A stretch of 64,000 nt of DNA from a virus (Duplodnaviria; Heunggongvirae; Uroviricota; Caudoviricetes): the IMG/VR virus record IMGVR_UViG_3300042868_008486, positions 108,810 to 172,809 of that record; one strand, given 5' to 3'. The translations under genes and the position numbers were made by a program. The notes below the pieces were generated by a model. It saw only the letters and a program-made list of their open reading frames with translations, was not told where the DNA came from and ran no database searches. Below are positions 27,695 to 37,314 of the stretch, one piece after another. Every line of letters starts with the position of its first letter. The stretch's first letter is position 1.

Positions 27695-28126
27695 TTATAT
27701 TGATGTCGTTGCGTTGTGGTTATCCAACTCTTCTTGTAATCTCTCGATTTCTTCTTCGATTGATTTAACTCTCACGTCTCTCTCAACAATTGAGATTTCC
27801 GCAGTTTTAAGTGTAGGTTCCTGTCTTGAGTATCTATCAGATACTTTACCTTCACTACAATCAATTTGGTTAAGTTTCTTAGCCAAAGATTTCAATTCAG
27901 ACAATCTAAAGATTTTGTCGTAAACCCCAATGTTCGCTCTATGGATTTTTGTTTTAAGGTCGATTAAACCTTCTTCCAATGTCATTATGTTAGACAAAGA
28001 ATTTACCGTTGAGTAAGGTCTAACATTACCTTCATCAATTGAGTTGTACGAGTACACTTTTTTAAACTCATCGTCGATTGCTTTAATCAATCGGTTCTTT
28101 TCTTTTAACGCTTGTTTAATTGTCAT
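27695..28126 (-). CDS. hypothetical coiled-coil protein
   Basis: 143 aa. Confidence 0.5.
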   Translation of the reverse strand: MTIKQALKEKNRLIKAIDDEFKKVYSYNSIDEGNVRPYSTVNSLSNIMTLEEGLIDLKTKIHRANIGVYDKIFRLSELKSLAKKLNQIDCSEGKVSDRYSRQEPTLKTAEISIVERDVRVKSIEEEIERLQEELDNHNATTSI

Positions 28127-28170
28127 ATGTCTTTTTGTTTTTGTTATAGTTAAAGTATATAAGTTTTTTT

Positions 28171-28497
28171 TTAAGGTGTCAATAGAGTTTCTCTAAAATT
28201 TCTGATTCTTATTTCTAATTCATCAATAATTAGTTCACGAATCTCTTCTTTGGTCTTCTCATCTTTGATTTTGAATAGGGATTCTAAGTATACAAATAAG
28301 TTAAAACTCGCAGGAAAATCAATAGTCCAAGATTCTTTATCACTCAAGTTAAGTTTTAATTTATAATCTCCAAAACCATCACATTTAAATGGGTATTCAA
28401 TTTTGAACATAAGAAACCCAACACCTTCGTAATACAAATCCAACTTAGTTAGATTAACAATTGATTCCGCTAACTTATGTTTAACTTTCTCGTTCAT
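28171..28497 (-). CDS. hypothetical protein
   Basis: 108-aa ORF. Confidence 0.45.
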   Translation of the reverse strand: MNEKVKHKLAESIVNLTKLDLYYEGVGFLMFKIEYPFKCDGFGDYKLKLNLSDKESWTIDFPASFNLFVYLESLFKIKDEKTKEEIRELIIDELEIRIRNFRETLLTP

Positions 28498-28510
28498 AAA
28501 ACAAATATAA

Positions 28511-28541
28511 ACAAAAAACCCCCACTTTTCAGTGAGGGTTC
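28511..28541 (-). terminator. rho-independent terminator
   Basis: Minus-sense CCCUCAC-UGAAAA-GUGGGGG (7 bp including one G-U) followed by UUUUUU. Confidence 0.55.
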
Positions 28542-28546
28542 AGATT

Positions 28547-29017
28547 TTATTTTAAAAATCTTAGTTTATATAATGTGGAATTAATTAATTCCTGAATTGT
28601 GTCTATCTGATTTTGTAGGTAACTTTCTTTAACCGACTTTCTTAGTGTGTCGATATCACCATCCAATTTTTTCAAATAGTTAATTACTTGTTCACCACTT
28701 TTATAGTTCTCAAATCCATCACATTTATAATTTGATATGATTCCGTGTTTACCTTGGTAAGATTCAATTAACCCGTCAAATAAACCCAAAACACCATCAT
28801 AATAATCATTTAACGCAATATGTTCTGCGTATGATTTAGTTTGTAAATGAAAGATGTGAGTCTGATTTCTTGAGTGTAATAATTTTGAAACTAATTGTGA
28901 GAAATTACCATTCTCACCACTTTCAGTTTTTTCTTCACTTTTTTCATCAGTCTTATCCTCTTCTTGTTCCATTAACTTACGAGTTAACATATCTTTTTTA
29001 CTAAAACTTTTTTCCAT
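28547..29017 (-). CDS. hypothetical protein
   Basis: 156-aa ORF. Confidence 0.5.
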   Translation of the reverse strand: MEKSFSKKDMLTRKLMEQEEDKTDEKSEEKTESGENGNFSQLVSKLLHSRNQTHIFHLQTKSYAEHIALNDYYDGVLGLFDGLIESYQGKHGIISNYKCDGFENYKSGEQVINYLKKLDGDIDTLRKSVKESYLQNQIDTIQELINSTLYKLRFLK

Positions 29018-29019
29018 AT

Positions 29020-29250
29020 TTATACGTTTTTACTATAAATACCTTCATTTATAAAATAAGACCTAACTAATTTACCCAACTCCATATCGTTTTGGGTTTC
29101 TTTAATCATTCCCTTGAGCTTCTTACGCTCCCCAATTAATTCCGATAAGATATTTTTAAACTCATCATTCTTAATTGTTCCGAATACGTTATTCTCAAAT
29201 AACTCTTCTAATTGAATCTTTAATTTAGTTTCACTTATCATTTCTAACAA
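29020..29250 (-). CDS. hypothetical protein
   Basis: 76-aa ORF. Confidence 0.4.
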   Translation of the reverse strand: MLEMISETKLKIQLEELFENNVFGTIKNDEFKNILSELIGERKKLKGMIKETQNDMELGKLVRSYFINEGIYSKNV

Positions 29251-29755
29251 AATTTTTAGTTAAATAATCTTTATCTGACATTATGATAATGTCATCTGTT
29301 AATTCCTCAAATAGAACATATGAATTTAAAACATCATATAACCCATCAACCTCTTTCCAATAAATCGAACCCTCCGACTCAGGTGAATAATCATTGTCCA
29401 CCAAATACTGAACTATAGTGTTAAATGATGTTGTCATAAACCCGTGAGCAAAACCCCTCGGAACTAACAACTCATCGCCAGGTTTCATATCATAAGAATA
29501 TATTTTCATATACTCAGGAGAGTCCTCACGGATATCTACTATAAAATCAACTATAGACCCCGTAATTACCTTAATTACCTTAGCCTGAGATTTCTCCCCA
29601 ACTTGGAAGTGCAAACCTCTTAGAGTGTAAATTTGGGGGTTAAAACTGATATTACTCTGTAACCAATTCTTATCAAAAGAATTTAGAGATAGTGGAGCAA
29701 ATGTTCCTCGGTGGTCCACAAACACCGGATTACTTTTAAATTGAGGATATTCCAT
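29231..29755 (-). CDS. dTDP-4-dehydrorhamnose 3,5-epimerase-like cupin (RmlC family)
   Basis: LRGLHFQ...VIKVITGSIVDFIVDIREDSPEY...LLVPRGFAHGF...YSPESEGSIYW matches conserved RmlC blocks. Confidence 0.65.
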   Translation of the reverse strand: MEYPQFKSNPVFVDHRGTFAPLSLNSFDKNWLQSNISFNPQIYTLRGLHFQVGEKSQAKVIKVITGSIVDFIVDIREDSPEYMKIYSYDMKPGDELLVPRGFAHGFMTTSFNTIVQYLVDNDYSPESEGSIYWKEVDGLYDVLNSYVLFEELTDDIIIMSDKDYLTKNFVRNDK

Positions 29756-29798
29756 AAAAAAAACCTTTATCTAATTATAAGATAAAGGTTTCATAGTA

Positions 29799-30224
29799 TC
29801 AATCATTGTCCCCGTACAAATCTAAAATTTCATACCCTTCCCTATCATCAACCACTTTATTAACCGGTAATCCGTAGGTTTCTTCAAACCACCGTTTTAA
29901 TAACGTTTCAAACCAAGTACCAAATATTTTTTTTAATGACTTTAGTTTATAACTAGAGTACAATAACATAGGATAAATACCTATTTTATTTCCCGTGTAA
30001 GGTTCAACTTCGGCGTATTGAAATATCCAATCATCATCTTCCCACTCATCATCATTAATTTCTTTATAAAAATTAAATGGAGTGTAATCAACATAAGTGT
30101 TTCTAGTGTGAACCCAAAAATCATATGGTCGTTCAATCTTATGTAAATCAGAATTCACCTCCATTAATTTTTTAAACCCTTCGTAGATTTTATCTAACTT
30201 ATCTTCTGTAATTATAATTTTCAT
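29799..30224 (-). CDS. hypothetical protein
   Basis: 141-aa ORF. Confidence 0.45.
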   Translation of the reverse strand: MKIIITEDKLDKIYEGFKKLMEVNSDLHKIERPYDFWVHTRNTYVDYTPFNFYKEINDDEWEDDDWIFQYAEVEPYTGNKIGIYPMLLYSSYKLKSLKKIFGTWFETLLKRWFEETYGLPVNKVVDDREGYEILDLYGDND

Positions 30225-30241
30225 AAAAATTCAGATTTTTA

Positions 30242-30553
30242 TTATTGACCAATTACAATTTCATTAAAATCAATACTCTTTGTTCCGTCAAGACCACCAT
30301 CAACTTCTTTGTACATAAAATTGTTAACCACAGAAGTTATACTTTGTTCAGCCTGAGCAATTTTAGTTTCCATCCAATCTTCAAGTTGTTCACCTTCCTC
30401 CATTTTCTCCCACATTGTTTTAGCCAATGTAGCAATAGTATAAAGTTGTTGCTTAGCCATATAAGAACCTTCCTCCTGATTCTCATTAATTGACTTTTTG
30501 ATTTTCTTAGTAAGTCTTTCTAATTGTTTTTCAGTTATAATGATATTACCCAT
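30242..30553 (-). CDS. hypothetical protein
   Basis: 103-aa ORF. Confidence 0.45.
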   Translation of the reverse strand: MGNIIITEKQLERLTKKIKKSINENQEEGSYMAKQQLYTIATLAKTMWEKMEEGEQLEDWMETKIAQAEQSITSVVNNFMYKEVDGGLDGTKSIDFNEIVIGQ

Positions 30554-30563
30554 AATCGTTTTT

Positions 30564-30575
30564 ATTTATAAATAT
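30564..30575. promoter_or_regulatory. palindromic TATTTATAAATA element
   Basis: Exact 12-mer 11 nt upstream of the ATG at 30553. Sits immediately after the terminator at 30583-30610. Confidence 0.45.
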
Positions 30576-30582
30576 CCGAGAA

Positions 30583-30610
30583 TAAAAAAAGGGAGACCGA
30601 AATCTCCCTT
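30583..30610 (-). terminator. rho-independent terminator
   Basis: GGGAGA-CCGAAA-TCTCCC with a T-run on the minus strand. Confidence 0.55.
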
Positions 30611-30667
30611 TGGGGCCATAAAGGCACATCCACCACCTTGTTATACGATACAAGGAAACGACATATT

Positions 30668-30925
30668 TTAAAAGTTCGGTGTCGATTTCACAACCGTCTC
30701 CTGAACCACTTGTTCTATTTTTTGTTTACCCTCGTTAGAACCATCGAAATATTTTTTCAATGATAAGTATGTATACACCACACAAAAACATAGTAAACCT
30801 ATTAACATTTTTAATATAGTTTTCCAAAATTTGAAAATCATATACCCACCAAATCCTATGATTGCTAATGTTGCTAATGTCTGTGAATCCATATCCGTTT
30901 GTTTTATATATACAAATATAAACAA
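30668..30925 (-). CDS. small membrane protein
   Basis: 85 aa with two TM helices. Confidence 0.45.
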   Translation of the reverse strand: MFIFVYIKQTDMDSQTLATLAIIGFGGYMIFKFWKTILKMLIGLLCFCVVYTYLSLKKYFDGSNEGKQKIEQVVQETVVKSTPNF

Positions 30926-30933
30926 ATTTTCAA

Positions 30934-31449
30934 TTACTCAGCATCTTCATACTGAAAATAATTTCTTGGAGGTTCAAAATCCATCGGAAGGTTTTTAATA
31001 TCTTCCTTCAGTTCATCAACCATTTCCTGAGTGTAGGGTGTTCTAAAATGTGAACGTCGTTGATTAAACGGTCTCTCTTGGTCCTCCGCATCCTCACGTA
31101 AATCTTGTTCTATCCTTTGGAGGTGATTAGTTAATACCTCGTGTTTATTCCACTTCTCATAATCCTCAAGTGATTTTATAACTTTAGTATCACCATAGTT
31201 ATAAAAACCTTCACCTAAGTCAGTATTTGTCGTGTAAATGTCAACAATACCATTATCACCATCATAGTCATAACATAAGTCTCTTAATCTACTTATATTA
31301 GTAATACCCTTTTCTTCCCAATTACGACCATAAGACCTAACCTTACAGATGTAGATGTGTCCATCATTATATTCCCAAATCATTCCGTTGATTTTATCTC
31401 TAAGTTCAACTAATTCGTTTAATAATAAGTTTGACACATCTAATTTCAT
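30934..31449 (-). CDS. hypothetical protein
   Basis: 171-aa ORF. Confidence 0.5.
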   Translation of the reverse strand: MKLDVSNLLLNELVELRDKINGMIWEYNDGHIYICKVRSYGRNWEEKGITNISRLRDLCYDYDGDNGIVDIYTTNTDLGEGFYNYGDTKVIKSLEDYEKWNKHEVLTNHLQRIEQDLREDAEDQERPFNQRRSHFRTPYTQEMVDELKEDIKNLPMDFEPPRNYFQYEDAE

Positions 31450-31532
31450 ATCTATAAGTTTTTATTGTTAGTTACTTTTTTGTTTTATGGTAACGACATT
31501 GTTGTCGTTACCATAGTGTTGTGAGATTTCTA

Positions 31533-32435
31533 TTACTTAATGTTCAAGAAAGTTCCTTGTCCACCCGCCATAGTTGTCGGTAATTGTCCATCCCATTTCT
31601 CAATTTTCTTGTATTCAACATACAAAGGTGTTAACTTTTGTTGTGTTAAATCCATCGCTCTTGCCTTAGCGGATGCGTTGATGACAGTCTCAGCGGAGTC
31701 AGCTTTTGCGACCGCAACTTTACGTTGACCATCAGCCTGTGCAGCAATTGCCTGTTGTTTAGACGCTTCAGCTTGTTGGATAGCTCTTGTTTTTGCGATA
31801 ATAGATTCTTGTAATGCCTCAGGAGGTGTAATGTTAGTTCTCAACTGAGATACGTCAAACCATTTAATCAATCGTTTATTACATTCGACAACGATGTTAG
31901 ACTCAAAGTTTTCACGGTGGTTAAAGATACTATCGACAGACCAAGTATTCGCCACGTCATTCACCGCTCCAACGATTGCGTTTTTCAACCATCCTTGTTC
32001 CACCTCTTTAATTGGTAATCTCAAGTTTTGGAACATATCCCCAACTGTACTAGATTTCAGTTTGTAGTTAAATGTAGGGTTAATAGTTGTGGTAAATCCA
32101 CCTTTAGTAATAACCATTTGGTCACCATACTCAATGTGTTGTTGGAACACAGGAAACTCATACATTGTTTCAGTCCAAGAGTTATAAACCACCCAACCTG
32201 TTTTGTATTCATACTTCGATACACCACGAGCATCACCTGTTAAATTAACTTTGATACCTACGTTACCTGTATCAACTCTTTCTGTTGAGAATGGTTGGAT
32301 TAATGAGATAACAATCCCCAAGACACCAACGACAATCCCGTTTCTTAAACTTACAGTATCATCATTTGAGATACCTTTAAAAATCATTACACCTGCAATA
32401 ATCAATGACAATACTAATAAAATAATTGTAATCAT
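31533..32435 (-). CDS. SPFH/band-7 (prohibitin/stomatin-like) membrane protein
   Basis: N-terminal TM, SPFH-like core, and a C-terminal Ala/Gln-rich coiled coil (AIQQAEASKQQAIAAQADGQRKVAVAKA). Confidence 0.65.
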   Translation of the reverse strand: MITIILLVLSLIIAGVMIFKGISNDDTVSLRNGIVVGVLGIVISLIQPFSTERVDTGNVGIKVNLTGDARGVSKYEYKTGWVVYNSWTETMYEFPVFQQHIEYGDQMVITKGGFTTTINPTFNYKLKSSTVGDMFQNLRLPIKEVEQGWLKNAIVGAVNDVANTWSVDSIFNHRENFESNIVVECNKRLIKWFDVSQLRTNITPPEALQESIIAKTRAIQQAEASKQQAIAAQADGQRKVAVAKADSAETVINASAKARAMDLTQQKLTPLYVEYKKIEKWDGQLPTTMAGGQGTFLNIK

Positions 32436-32662
32436 AATTTTTCTTCTTCTTTTTTTGTTAATAAATTAATAAAATAATGTGCTATTGTTTTCAATTGGAA
32501 CACGGTGTAGAATAACACAAAAAACACCGTAATCATTTGTAAGAACACCGGACACTCTCGACTGATAACATATTCAAATACCATTGTGAGGACACTGATG
32601 TAGATAATTGTAGAAGCCAGAACCAACCAACCATTACTACTTAAATTTAACCACCCTTTCAT
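32432..32662 (-). CDS. small membrane protein
   Basis: 76 aa with two TM helices. Overlap-coupled. Confidence 0.45.
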   Translation of the reverse strand: MKGWLNLSSNGWLVLASTIIYISVLTMVFEYVISRECPVFLQMITVFFVLFYTVFQLKTIAHYFINLLTKKEEEKL

Positions 32663-32722
32663 TTCATAATTTAATAAATTTTAATTGTTAATAATAGTAC
32701 TCTTTATAATTCATAAAGTCAA

Positions 32723-33169
32723 TTAGACTTTGGTCATCCAAATATAGTAATTTGTTTTGTTACTTGTACCAGGTGTGATGTCAATAAATTTCAATCCCTG
32801 AATATTTCCACTAACCAAATTGTATTGATATATCGTCCCACTCAAATATCCCCAAGGTGTACCGTTCATTGATAGGTTAAACCCACCTCCCGTGTAGTAT
32901 AAAGAATAGTTAGATGTGTAACCATTAAATTTATACACGGTATTGGTGACGAATTTTAACGTATCATAGGTTGTAGTAGGATTTCCTATCCCCCCAATCC
33001 TTATCCCCGTTATAACCCAGGTTTGACCTACCAAAGTCGGTATTGAGTCTTGTATGGTATCATTGTTATGTGGATACGTAATCACCGGTGGCGGTCCTGA
33101 CGGTTGGGGGTTCTCTTTGATACAAGATGTTACCCCCAAGATTAATAATAAACCGATTAATATCCTCAT
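32723..33169 (-). CDS. putative lipoprotein
   Basis: MRILIGLLLILGVTSC signal plus lipobox. Confidence 0.5.
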   Translation of the reverse strand: MRILIGLLLILGVTSCIKENPQPSGPPPVITYPHNNDTIQDSIPTLVGQTWVITGIRIGGIGNPTTTYDTLKFVTNTVYKFNGYTSNYSLYYTGGGFNLSMNGTPWGYLSGTIYQYNLVSGNIQGLKFIDITPGTSNKTNYYIWMTKV

Positions 33170-33170
33170 C

Positions 33171-33446
33171 TTACTTAGTGACTAATGCTTCGATTTTACT
33201 TTTCATATGGTCCGCCAAATCATATTCATTTGTTTTAGTGATGACGATTGACTCACACAAATATTTGTATGGAACGTGGATTAAGAAGTCAGTCCCGTTG
33301 AAGAATAACAAATCGTTCTTCAATTCCAAACACCCTTGAACCATTTTAAGAAATAATTTGTATTGTACTCCGTCAACAAATGACTCATTCAATAATGACC
33401 CGAACTTCTCGTTCTCAATTCTAATGTTATATGTTACTGTCGTCAT
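33171..33446 (-). CDS. hypothetical protein
   Basis: 91-aa ORF. Confidence 0.4.
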   Translation of the reverse strand: MTTVTYNIRIENEKFGSLLNESFVDGVQYKLFLKMVQGCLELKNDLLFFNGTDFLIHVPYKYLCESIVITKTNEYDLADHMKSKIEALVTK

Positions 33447-33483
33447 AATTTTTTCGTTTCAACAAATATAGTAATAATTTTGA

Positions 33484-33783
33484 TTAACATTCAACTATTT
33501 CCGCAAAATAAAATGAACCCCCGTTATCAATGTACAATTCTTTCCTGAATGTCACCTCATCCCCATCTTTATATTTGGAGTTATCGGTGAATGGGTCCAA
33601 TATTAATTCTTGGTAAAAAGTTCTTACAACTTTTTCACCACCACAATTTGCGTGTATGTTTTTTGGGGTATGTTCAACATAGAACCCCTTCTCGTCATTA
33701 AATCTAATAGTTCCTTTTAACATATCAGTAATTTGTTTTATGTTTATCCTTACGTGTGTATTTTTTTCTATTGCGATAAACAT
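33484..33783 (-). CDS. hypothetical protein
   Basis: 99-aa ORF. Confidence 0.45.
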   Translation of the reverse strand: MFIAIEKNTHVRINIKQITDMLKGTIRFNDEKGFYVEHTPKNIHANCGGEKVVRTFYQELILDPFTDNSKYKDGDEVTFRKELYIDNGGSFYFAEIVEC

Positions 33784-33868
33784 TAGGTCTTGTCGCCATC
33801 AAAATCTCCGTTTGCGTAATCTCAATTGTTTTCATAATTCTTATTTTTATCAAAGTTATTAATTAAAT

Positions 33869-34303
33869 TCAAATACCACGCATCATTTCACGATTAATAT
33901 CTCTCTCTTTGATTGAATTTCGTTTATCGTATAAGTTTTTACCTTTAGCCAAAACAATTTCCATTTTGATTAACCCACGTTCATTTCGAAAAAGACGATA
34001 TGGGACAATCGTTAAACCATTAATTAATTCTTTTTCTAATTTCCTTAACTCCTTTTTCTTCATTAAGAGTTTACGTTCCCGGTTAGACTCGTGACTATAT
34101 GCAACATTATTACTCGTAACATTCATTCCTTTAACAAATAACTCACCTTTATTAAAATAACAATAGGTATCCACCATTGAAACTAAGTTGTTGGTAATTG
34201 CTTTAACTTCAGACCCTTGGAGTTTTAACCCAACGATAAATGTCTCAACAAAGTGATATTCAAACTTAACCTTTCGGTTTACTATGTTAACGGAATTTTT
34301 CAT
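33869..34303 (-). CDS. smpB: SsrA-binding protein SmpB
   Basis: NRKVKFEYHFVETFIVGLKLQGSEVKAI ... ERKLLMKKKELRKLE...IVLAKGKNLYDKR align block-for-block with bacterial SmpB. Likely start is the internal ATG at 34303. The track ORF extends to 34366 through a hairpin. Confidence 0.75.
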   Translation of the reverse strand: MKNSVNIVNRKVKFEYHFVETFIVGLKLQGSEVKAITNNLVSMVDTYCYFNKGELFVKGMNVTSNNVAYSHESNRERKLLMKKKELRKLEKELINGLTIVPYRLFRNERGLIKMEIVLAKGKNLYDKRNSIKERDINREMMRGI

Positions 34304-34325
34304 ATGAACAAATATAATAAAAAAA

Positions 34326-34358
34326 CCCCAATAAAGATTTACTCTATTGGGATTTTTT
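34326..34358. terminator. hairpin plus T-run, terminator or attenuator
   Basis: CCCAATA-11 nt-TATTGGG, then TTTTTTT on plus and an A-run before it. Upstream of SmpB on minus. Confidence 0.4.
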
Positions 34359-34444
34359 TCAACCATAGTAAGAAAGGGGTTAATGGTATTTTGTGTAAAA
34401 TATAAATATTACTAAATTTTAAAAAGTTTTAGATATTTATCATT

Positions 34445-34786
34445 ATGGTAATTAAAATCAACGATAATAAGTTTAAAGTCAAAGTAATGATGACACCAGG
34501 TCAGACTCAAAAAGGTATGATGGGTAAAAAATTTGACAAAACTTTCAATGGAATGTTATTCTTAATGAATGAAGGTATTCATTGTTTTTGGATGAAGGAT
34601 TGTATTATCCCATTGGATATTATCTTCATCAAAGATGGTAAGATTTTCAACATCCACCACAATTGTAACCCTTGTAAATCAGATGATTGTGGAAACTATT
34701 GTGGTGAAGGTGATATGATATTAGAGGTTAAAGGTGGAACGTGCAAACGTTTAGATATTAAACTTGACGATACCATTATATTTTAA
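34445..34786 (+). CDS. DUF192 (COG1430)-like protein
   Basis: GMLFLM...FWMKDCIIPLDIIFI..DGKI pattern. Confidence 0.5.
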   Translation: MVIKINDNKFKVKVMMTPGQTQKGMMGKKFDKTFNGMLFLMNEGIHCFWMKDCIIPLDIIFIKDGKIFNIHHNCNPCKSDDCGNYCGEGDMILEVKGGTCKRLDIKLDDTIIF

Positions 34787-36189
34787 CCTTCGTTTATTTT
34801 ACTTTGTAGAACTCTTACGAATTCATTTTGAATCATTTTAGTGAACTTAACTGCCGGTGAATCTTCTTCACTTCGTTGGTAACCTCCACCACCTCCCGAT
34901 GATTTTTGACTAGGTTTTCCTAAATAATTAAGTCCTGATATATTAGTGATACATTTATGTCCCCCACTATTCGCCTGAATCAAATCCCAAGCAGTGATAG
35001 ATATCTTTTCCATAATCGCCTTTTGTTTTTCACTCAACGATTTATATGGTTTTGACATTATGTCCCCAACGATAGTCAATAGTTCTTTACCATTACCCAT
35101 TGACTTAAATTTATCACCATATAGTGCAACAAAGTCTTTGAATGTAAACCCAACTGACTCCTCACCAACTGATGATTCTGAAACCCATTTAATTGTTGAT
35201 AAAGGTATTTGTCTATCTTTTAATTGCGATTCCCATTTAGCTAAAACCTCATCTTTAATCTCCCCTAAGTTCACACCTTTCAATGCTCTATCTTTTTTGT
35301 ATGGATTACAAGACGCTTGTACCAATCCTAATGGCCAAGCAATAACTATGAAGTCAGCTTCAGGATTATTTTTGAATGGGGTATATCTATCGTAAGACCC
35401 CGGTTTCATCATATTACCACCACCATATTGAACAATAACATTATCCAATACTTTTACGTTTGGATGATTTTTCATCGACTCAATATAGTTCTCTTGGTTT
35501 TTCTTTAATTGTTCAACAGGAGCAAAACCTTTTTCAACCATAATACGTTTGATATTATGTAAGATATTCAATAATGAAGGTGTTGATTTCATAACCAACT
35601 CTTCTAAGAAACCTGGTTTGTTTTTGAACGCCAATAGTAATTTGTTACACACAAATCCCATCGCCATTTTATTTTTTTGTAATGACTTATCTTTATCTAT
35701 TTTAAATAAATAATTGATAACCTCATCAACACTAATATCTTGTGGTGCAAAGTTTGCTGAGTCAACTGTTGAAATCAATAAAAGGTCATCACTTGGGAAT
35801 AACTCTTTAGTTGATATTGTTTGTGATACAGTTTCCACATTTGAACGTGACGCTTTAAAGTTAGTCGATGTTTTATCATCAACACCCGCTTGAGTATCGT
35901 GGTGGTCAGTATGTATAACAAACATTGGTTTTCCGTGAGCAAAATCCACTAACACCGGCATAACGTCACCACTACCTTCAGGTTTCTTTATAGACCATTC
36001 TTTATCACCATATTGGATTACTTCACAATCAACAGTTTTGATTCCGTATTGTGCCAAGTATTCTTTCATAGCAATTGCGGTTGTAACACCATCTAAATCT
36101 TGGTGAAAATATATTTTAGCCTTTTGATATCTATCCGCAATCGCGTTAATATCTCTAAGACCTGATTCTAATATTACTCTTTTTTTCAT
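34783..36189 (-). CDS. DHH-family phosphoesterase
   Basis: HQDLDGVTTAIAM (motifs I-II) and VIHTDHHDT (DHH motif). 468 aa. Confidence 0.55.
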   Translation of the reverse strand: MKKRVILESGLRDINAIADRYQKAKIYFHQDLDGVTTAIAMKEYLAQYGIKTVDCEVIQYGDKEWSIKKPEGSGDVMPVLVDFAHGKPMFVIHTDHHDTQAGVDDKTSTNFKASRSNVETVSQTISTKELFPSDDLLLISTVDSANFAPQDISVDEVINYLFKIDKDKSLQKNKMAMGFVCNKLLLAFKNKPGFLEELVMKSTPSLLNILHNIKRIMVEKGFAPVEQLKKNQENYIESMKNHPNVKVLDNVIVQYGGGNMMKPGSYDRYTPFKNNPEADFIVIAWPLGLVQASCNPYKKDRALKGVNLGEIKDEVLAKWESQLKDRQIPLSTIKWVSESSVGEESVGFTFKDFVALYGDKFKSMGNGKELLTIVGDIMSKPYKSLSEKQKAIMEKISITAWDLIQANSGGHKCITNISGLNYLGKPSQKSSGGGGGYQRSEEDSPAVKFTKMIQNEFVRVLQSKINEG

Positions 36190-36192
36190 AGA

Positions 36193-37257
36193 TTATTTAA
36201 ATAAAGACCCTAATAATGAACTAAATGGGTCCACTTTATTTGTATTTGATGGTGATTTAGGTGCTTCAATATTTGGTGTTTCACCAACATTCCCATCACC
36301 AAAATCTTCTTCCCAATTTTTTTGACCCTCTTCACTTTGATTATATTTCTCAATTTCTTCAGGATATTGTTTTAAAACTTCATCAGGTGTTGTTTTTGAA
36401 TCAACAATTCCTAAAGTATCTAATAAACCAAGATACCATTTAGTTCTCCTCATTAAAGCTCTTGTTGCCGGATTACCACCTAATAAACGAGGAACTCCTG
36501 CGGCAAATTTATTCCATAAAGAAACATTTTTAGATGTGATAAATTTAGTATAATTATAATTAACGTTACCAAATTCTCTAAACCCTTTAAATGTCGTTTT
36601 AAGAGTTTCTTTTTCAGCCGCACCAAGACCTTTAGCCAATTTAGAACCAACCTTCATTTCTTTACTAGCGGTAGTGAATAACTTAATATAGTCCTCAACC
36701 AAACTAACAATATTTTTAAGAAATGGTATTTTACCAACTGATGAACGTAAAAGTGCAACTAATTTAGTTCCCCAACTTGGTGATTTCTCAACAAATTTAG
36801 CAACAGGACCACCAGCCGCTTTAGCCGCCTCAGCCAATTTAAATGCGTCTTTACCCGCAGCGGCATATCTAAAACCTTTAACGGCATCACCACCTAATTT
36901 TAAAAGACCAACAACAGGTTTTGCAATAACATCACCCAATAATGGGATTACCGATACCCAAGATAAAATTGCAAATAATTTATCATCTTGTTTCCAATAA
37001 CTAATACCATTTGCTAAATCAATAACACCCGTTGGGTCAAAAATACCGGCAATATCACCAACGGTGTTATACCATTTAGATTCGTTAATCAATTTTGAGT
37101 TCTCAGGGTGGATGGCTTTATAAAATTCAACAACAAATTTTCTCTCGTTTTTACTTAAAGTTTTCCATTTTTCTGATAAAACTTTATATTGTTCTTCACG
37201 ATATATTTCTTTGACTCTGTTGTTAAATTCAGATTCTTGTAGTACAATACCTTTCAT
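36193..37257 (-). CDS. hypothetical protein (354 aa)
   Basis: Long ORF preceded by a conserved upstream motif. Confidence 0.55.
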   Translation of the reverse strand: MKGIVLQESEFNNRVKEIYREEQYKVLSEKWKTLSKNERKFVVEFYKAIHPENSKLINESKWYNTVGDIAGIFDPTGVIDLANGISYWKQDDKLFAILSWVSVIPLLGDVIAKPVVGLLKLGGDAVKGFRYAAAGKDAFKLAEAAKAAGGPVAKFVEKSPSWGTKLVALLRSSVGKIPFLKNIVSLVEDYIKLFTTASKEMKVGSKLAKGLGAAEKETLKTTFKGFREFGNVNYNYTKFITSKNVSLWNKFAAGVPRLLGGNPATRALMRRTKWYLGLLDTLGIVDSKTTPDEVLKQYPEEIEKYNQSEEGQKNWEEDFGDGNVGETPNIEAPKSPSNTNKVDPFSSLLGSLFK

Positions 37258-37285
37258 ATTATTTTTTATTAATAAATATTATGAA
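37258..37285 (-). promoter_or_regulatory. conserved upstream element AATATTTATTAATAAAAA (sense orientation)
   Basis: 18-mer identical to the one at 51744-51762 and near-identical to the one at 57797-57815. Lies between the terminator hairpin and the ATG. Confidence 0.45.
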
Positions 37286-37287
37286 AA

Positions 37288-37314
37288 ACAAAAAAAAGGG
37301 ACTTATTTAGTCCC
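37288..37314 (-). terminator. rho-independent terminator at the methyltransferase stop
   Basis: GGGACT-TATTT-AGTCCC with a T-run on the minus strand. Confidence 0.55.

Noticed and set aside
34304-34366. 21-codon N-terminal extension of the SmpB ORF in the track (MVEKNPNRVNLYWGFFIIFVH)
   Set aside because: Reads through a hairpin plus T-run. The SmpB alignment starts at the internal ATG (MKNSVNIV).
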